Source: Acanthaster planci
Lineage: Eukaryota
DNA length: 64,000 nt
Assembly (NCBI RefSeq): GCF_001949145.1
Contig: NW_019091359.1
Span: 1,376,540-1,440,539 of the forward strand
Direction: 5' to 3'
Positions 58,670 to 64,000 of this stretch are shown in pieces. A model generated the notes under the pieces. The model saw only the letters and a program-made list of their open reading frames with translations, was not told where the DNA came from and made no database searches. The position numbers and the translations under genes were made by a program. Every line of letters begins with the position of its first letter. Positions within the stretch are counted from its first letter, which is position 1.

Positions 58670-58843
58670 GGGTGCGTTCGCGCGGTTACTCCTGTCAACT
58701 AGGGTGAGGATGTGTCGCAGGTCAGGAGTATACTCCAGTATGACGGGGAGTATACTCTCGCTGATCCGTGGGGCGTACTCCTGCTGTTTGTGCGCTTCGG
58801 GGGAGTACTTGTGTTAACGTGAGTAGCTCGCTTGAATGCCCCC
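58670..58843. mobile_element. Harbinger/PIF-like MITE just downstream of the THUMPD3 stop; related degraded copy at ~45677-45800
   Basis: Ends cag-gggtgcgttc / gaatgcccc-ctg; repeated gagtatactc palindromes inside, also seen at 45785. Confidence 0.55.
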
Positions 58844-58873
58844 TGGGTGATTGAAACCAACGGCCTTCATCTT

Positions 58874-59035
58874 TCACTCCTTCGATCCTTCCTGTTCGCT
58901 GCTACCGCCAGGGCTCTCGGCGGCAATTTCCTTGGCTTTACATCTCTTCAGGACGTAGACACATGCAAACAGTCCGCCGATGTTGATGGTCAACTGTAGC
59001 TGCTTCTTCCAGACTGAGTTCACCTTCTGAAGAAT
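58874..59035 (-). CDS. THUMPD3: THUMPD3 last coding exon (ILQKVNSVW..NIGGLFACVYVLKR..GSKE*)
   Basis: 162 nt ending in TGA. Confidence 0.9.
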   Translation of the reverse strand: MLQKVNSVWKKQLQLTINIGGLFACVYVLKRCKAKEIAAESPGGSSEQEGSKE

Positions 59036-62000
59036 CTGGAAAATGAGGTATCATGAAAAGAAAATCAAATCAAACAACAGCTTGGCATGAGTACGTACAA
59101 TTGCTAAATATCATTTCTAAAATTGACAATACTTTCACGTAGGCCATGGATTAATTTTAAAACAAATAATGGCTTCACAACAAAAACATTTTCTATTTAC
59201 AGATTAAGGGCTGCACTGTTTAATTTTATATTCTATTCATACTGGTCAGCGAAAAGTGTCATAAAATAAACAAAAAAATACTAAAATTGATTATAATCAT
59301 GCTCTTTGTTACGCCGTACTGTAGCATTGTAGTGTCTTTTACTAGTCACTGGACCAAATCTGTCAAAATCCAACTCTCCCTTTGCAGTCCGCATTTCTTG
59401 CTAAGAAATCTACCACTGGCATGATCGTCTTCACTGATGGACCTATTGCAGATGGCTTACGTGGCATCCTCAGTGCTGTTGCCATGACAACATGCACTGA
59501 ATGCCCTGGCAATGCTTCAGGCCTCCTGGACCAAGTCCATCAGAACTTATCAATATTTGGTCACCTCAGGCTTTCTGGACTGAGTCCAAACAAAATCCGC
59601 CAAAAGGTGGAAATGGATTTTGATGGGTTTGGGGTGGTTAAGGTTAATAGGAAGCTACCCTGTACATGTCTTGTCCAAATGTGCTATGTCCAATATATTC
59701 CATTTAATACGACTACCATAGAAGTTATGACTATTCTCTGCTAAGTTGTTAATTAACCCCTTAGCGCCGGGTGACCCCATATGGGGGGATCTTCTGATCC
59801 ACACAGCCGGGTGGCCTTATTTGGGGACAGGACTGACTGCTATGAGTTACCATAGGCTTCAATCCGCCTATTGTGAGGTACAATGTCATGAAGTACCGCA
59901 GCGCTCTCGGCCAGCCTGGCCGACGAACACGTCGCCCAGCCTGCCCATTGTTTTTTCGTTCCTGGCAGGGCTGCAGGCAAACAAAGAAGCCGTTATGTAA
60001 CACCACAATAAACATAACAATGGCATATTTTGAATAAAATTATGGTGAATACGAATGTCAAAATCAAAATCATAAAGCACGGCCCGGCAGCTTGTAATTC
60101 AAGGGAATTTTTTACCCGGTGTTAAGCAGTTAAAAAGGATTCCTGAAACTGGAATCCGAATGTGTATATGGAGGTTTTTCAAAACTGAATGGCCTGACCT
60201 TACCTTAGCCATGCATTTCTTGTCTTGTGTGAGCAACACTGCTTTCCCGGTACCCTGTTGACACACTCTTCCCATCTCTAGGAGGCTACGTCGGTACAGC
60301 TCCCAGTTGTTCAGCCGGCTTCCAATCCTGTTGGATGAAAAAAGTCATAACCTGGCTCATTCAAAAATCATTGGGGAAGCGGCATCTCAAATTTCAAATC
60401 CTGTCTTATGTGGCCCTATAATCTAGACTTCAACAGAAACCAATTTGAACCTGATGTAAAGAAAAAAACAAAAACTAGAAGCATTGGTATAAATACTAAA
60501 TTTGGAGGCTTGAGGGCTTCAAGGTGGTTCAGTAGAGGAGACTTTCCAAACCCTGCAAGGAATCTTGTGGTGTGACATTGCTAGAAGCCAACATTTATCA
60601 CTCACAACTACACCTCTTCAAAATGAACACTTGCTAAGTAAATCTCTCAGAAAATGTATTTCTGGCCAAAGTTACACCTCTTCTTGAAAACCCATCCATG
60701 CAAGATGAAAAGTTATCACCAGGTCATCTTACCTTTTTCCAAACGGCTGGTAGATTCCCAGGAGAGGATTGCACATTTTTACATCAAAGACAAAATGAGA
60801 ATTGAGCTATTAACGTCAGTGAGCTTTAAAATCAGTGTCCATTTGCATGAGAAATAGATTGTTAAAACATTGTCAAAGAGACAAAAATGCCTTCTACTGT
60901 TTGTTCTGACCCCTTTTGGGGGTGGGAATTGGGTAAGGTTGGAACCAGTATAAAGCAGTTAGTAATAAGCTACAATTTTCGTCAAAATGCACTTTCAATC
61001 TAGTTTTCACCTGTGATTGCTTATGTATGGTTCGATGGCACTGCAGTGGTTTTAAACACTGTAGTGTTACAACTATCTCTGTCTTGTTCCTGACAATTAA
61101 ATGCACCCTCTTTGTATCATTGTACCACCTCATTTAAGGTACCTAACTATTTTAAAACAATTTTATGCATTGCTTTTAGAAGGCACATTTGAAACCATAC
61201 CTTTACTGATGTCCAACAAATGGAAGCTGTATTCTTACCATGTCAGACACAATGAGATCTAATGAATTGGTGCGTAGGGGGAGGTTGGTAACATCCCATC
61301 GCAGAACATCCACACATACTCCAGGCCTAGAAAAAAAAACCCAACTCCAATTATCTAATGAGGCAATGGGATGGGTTAATTACGCAAATTCAAAATGAAG
61401 ACGAGAGAGATGACGATAAAAATTTTGCTATTGCAGATTTTCTTCTTTGGACCAACAAGCAAATGAAAATTTACAACGATGGAGTTGTAACTGTCAAACT
61501 CTGAGAAAGGTCAAGACGTGACATGCTTTCCCCAAGCCATTTGTAAATGCCCTATGCTCTTTTCATTTATAAATCAGACATGCAACTTGGACTTCGACAA
61601 AAAAAAAAGAGAAAATTCCAATCCTTACAAAACTTTGTACAGGTTTTTTTTTACTTTTCAATGGCATGAGTGTGAAGTAAAAAATGAGGAAATCAGCTGA
61701 TCCGAGGAAAAGTAGCATGCCCGATAAATCTGTTTAACATCTACCAAAAATCTAAGTCATCTGACGATGAGCTAACAGATAAAGGTAAAGTAGTGAAATC
61801 ACAATACACCTTCGCTCAATAGAGTTACTTTTTTTCTTTTCTTTTTTTAAAGTCAAATTCATGCCTAGATATCCTTCAGTACCTTCCGTCTGATCGTCTC
61901 TTCTCATTTACGGCTGAGACGTTTCCGCCTGCGTAGAGACAAGCTACATCATGATTGTCCCCACCCATGACGAAACATGGCCAGTTCTGAGCAGCCTAGG

Positions 62001-63729
62001 AGAATTTAGAAATTGTAACACTTAGTGCTTGCCCAAAGTCATCAGCAAACGCTGCACTCAGACACTTCAGAATGGTTCTACAATCTCCCCCAATGCACAA
62101 ACACGGCAACATGTTCCTTGGTTGTGGAAACATAAACTCAAACCTTTCCTAACAACAAGCCCCCATGTCAAGCAGTGGTGGCCGGGCTCTGTTTTTCCAC
62201 ATCCAACAAAATCCTAATAGCCTCTTGGTAGATTTTGTGGGATCGTGGAAGGAGTTAAGGTAAAGGTTAAACTTTCAAGTACAGGTAAAAGTGGTGTCGA
62301 AACTTTCAATGCATCTACAATTCCAAAGTCTCTTTTCAGCAGACGGCTTTGGGCAGATCTTGGAGCAAGTTTGAAAATGAACTATGGTTAAAATAGTAGT
62401 CAACATATTCCCAAACAGAGCATGCGTATGAGAATTCTGTCCCCTTGACTGCCTTTGTCGAAGCACAATTACAAGTTGAAGCATTGTCACCCATACTCGT
62501 GAGTGACAGTGAGTGATAACGGCTGCATTTCTCACCACTTTCATTATCTGTCATCTTGTACAACGATTTTCATTTTAGATTTTCCTATGTACCCAAGTAA
62601 GAGAGAGTCTTTTGTGAACCAGGAATGCAACTGTGTTCTGTGATCTAGGTCCAAATACGTGCTGACTAACACCTTGAATTTAACCCCTTCAGGGCGGAAT
62701 TCTTTTGACCGCGACTGCTNNNNNNNNNNNNNNNNNNNNNNNNNNNNNNNNNNNNNNNNNNNNNNNNNNNNNNNNNNNNNNNNNNNNNNNNNNNNNNNNN
62801 NNNNNNNNNNNNNNNNNNNNNNNNNNNNNNNNNNNNNNNGTATGTGTGGTATGCACTAATCCTCACACAATGGTGCGGTAGTAACAGTCCTCAGTAGGGA
62901 AGGGGTTAAGGGGAGTTGCTTGACCTATGGTAGACAATAATTCTGCCTCACTCTTGCTCTTAGTTTTAAAAGCTTACTTCAAGGGGTATAGAGCCTCCAC
63001 CGCACATAGGATCACATATGACGTCACCTGGTTGTGGCTCACCTAACCTAAGGCAAAAGATCAAAATAGCCATGTCATTCCATTTGCTACAAGTGCAGTT
63101 TTGTGATAAGAGCTAGACAGATCTTGGACTTGCAAAGAATCTAATACACTTGTTCAGTTACGCTACCTCAGCATACAGTGGGCCAATGTTGAGCGCAGCG
63201 TTGTGGGACCGAAGTGCACGATGTTTCTCTTGTGCATGCTCTCCTCGGTCAAGTTGATTCCGATCATCGCGTCGTTGTCAGTGACATTCACCAGGACTTC
63301 CATCTCGAAGGATTTCAGCCTGACCGGCCAGCCATATCGCTGGGCGAGGTACTCTCCCAGCTTGCCTGCCGCCTCTTGTGAGGAGAAGCTGTGATTGTCG
63401 CCGACTCGGTGCGCTGTCACTCTGAACGTGGGCAGGTAAGGTGAGCTTTGCAGGAGGGGCTCCTCAGATGCCCGACGAGAACTCTCGGGAGAATTGTCTT
63501 CCGGTGGCCTGCATCCACTGTCCGAATCTTCACTCGAGGGTATTTGTGAAGATGTAACCCTGTCATTGACGGTGCCAAGAGTATCTGAGGTGTCCTGGCT
63601 TGGAGTTGGAGAGGATGTCTCCAGCAGGGCTGGGATAAAGTGAACTCCTCGGAAATGCATCCATGCATCCAGAGCATGGACCCAGTCTGAGTGGCTCAGG
63701 TGACTGCAGAGCTCTTGAAGAGACTCATC
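58874..63729 (-). CDS. THUMPD3: THUMP domain-containing protein 3 / tRNA guanine-N2 methyltransferase, 3' part (7 exons visible); 5' exons lie beyond the right edge
   Basis: Spliced translation shows a THUMP motif (TFRVTAHRVGDNHSFSSQEAA..GWPVRLKSFEMEVLVN), SMHKRNIVHFGPTTLRSTLAHCML, the SAM-binding CDPMCGGGSIPLE, WDVTNLPLR..DLIVSDMPFGKRIGS and NIGGL; all phases consistent. Confidence 0.93.
59757..60129. mobile_element. piggyBac-like MITE, second family (373 bp)
   Basis: ttaa|ccccttagcgccgggtga ... ttacccggtgttaagcag|ttaa; degenerate TIR with TTAA flanks. Confidence 0.65.
60204..60327 (-). CDS. THUMPD3: THUMPD3 exon (IGSRLNNWELY..GKAVLLTQDKKCMAK)
   Basis: 124 nt; cag/gtaagg. Confidence 0.92.
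60733..60746 (-). CDS. THUMPD3: THUMPD3 14-nt microexon (PFGKR)
   Basis: ccag|CCGTTTGGAAAAAG|gtaaga; supplies the conserved motif and the phase 0 to 2 bridge. Confidence 0.88.
61239..61326 (-). CDS. THUMPD3: THUMPD3 exon (PGVCVDVLRWDV..IVSDM)
   Basis: 88 nt; tag/gtaaga. Confidence 0.92.
61883..61995 (-). CDS. THUMPD3: THUMPD3 exon (AAQNWP..GGDNHD..RSDGR)
   Basis: 113 nt; phase 0 to 2. Confidence 0.88.
62684..62905 (+). mobile_element. piggyBac-like MITE family A, gapped copy
   Basis: ttaa|ccccttcagggcggaattcttttgaccgcgactgct..agggaagggg|ttaa; near-identical to the 35469 copy. Confidence 0.82.
62978..63047 (-). CDS. THUMPD3: THUMPD3 exon (LGEPQPGDVICDPMCGGGSIPLE)
   Basis: 70 nt; tag/gtaagc. 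Confidence 0.92.
63167..63729 (-). CDS. THUMPD3: THUMPD3 exon (DESLQEL..HCMLR)
   Basis: cag|GAT ... AG|gtagcg; 563 nt. Confidence 0.88.
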
Positions 63730-64000
63730 CTGATTGAGAGGGAGAGGGGACGTTCAAAGTCAAGTACGGTCACCCTGTACCCGCCCAGTAAGTGTGCCAA
63801 GAAAAATGGTGACAAACCCTAAAATTGAAAGACCTCTGAAATCACTCCAATCTAGGAGGCTCAAGTTTGCTGTAAGTACCGTAACTGAGAAAAACGTAAT
63901 TTTATCAATATTACTGAATAGTGTCTGTGCCAAATAGCTGCATACCATAAATAAGATTTGTGATTTCAACCATTTTATACCATTTCCGCAATATTAATCT

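Overview
Intron-rich animal (probably invertebrate) genomic window with seven N-gaps and three protein-coding genes. (1) The 5' part of a NIT1-type nitrilase (deaminated glutathione amidase) is on the minus strand and runs off the left edge. (2) A ~49 kb ANKRD26-family gene is on the plus strand (ATG 4689 to TGA 54045). I traced 57 phase-consistent GT-AG coding exons for it, and at least one more exon must lie in the first gap. (3) The 3' part of THUMPD3 (tRNA m2G methyltransferase) is on the minus strand and runs off the right edge. NIT1 and ANKRD26 are head-to-head; ANKRD26 and THUMPD3 are tail-to-tail. Introns carry non-autonomous DNA transposons (a ~2.5 kb foldback-like element; piggyBac-, P/hAT- and Harbinger-like MITEs) and a minisatellite, and a tRNA-derived SINE lies downstream of the ANKRD26 stop. 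The most notable observations are a 1,829-nt ANKRD26 exon encoding a ~530-aa E/R/K-rich helix, a minor-spliceosome (U12) donor in NIT1, four tandem copies of a NIT1 intron/exon junction, a uORF plus two in-frame starts in NIT1, and frame-essential 14- and 20-nt microexons. I found no CRISPR array, rRNA or tRNA gene, or autonomous transposon, and cannot support a wholly new biological system. Gene identities rest on recalled protein similarity, not database searches.
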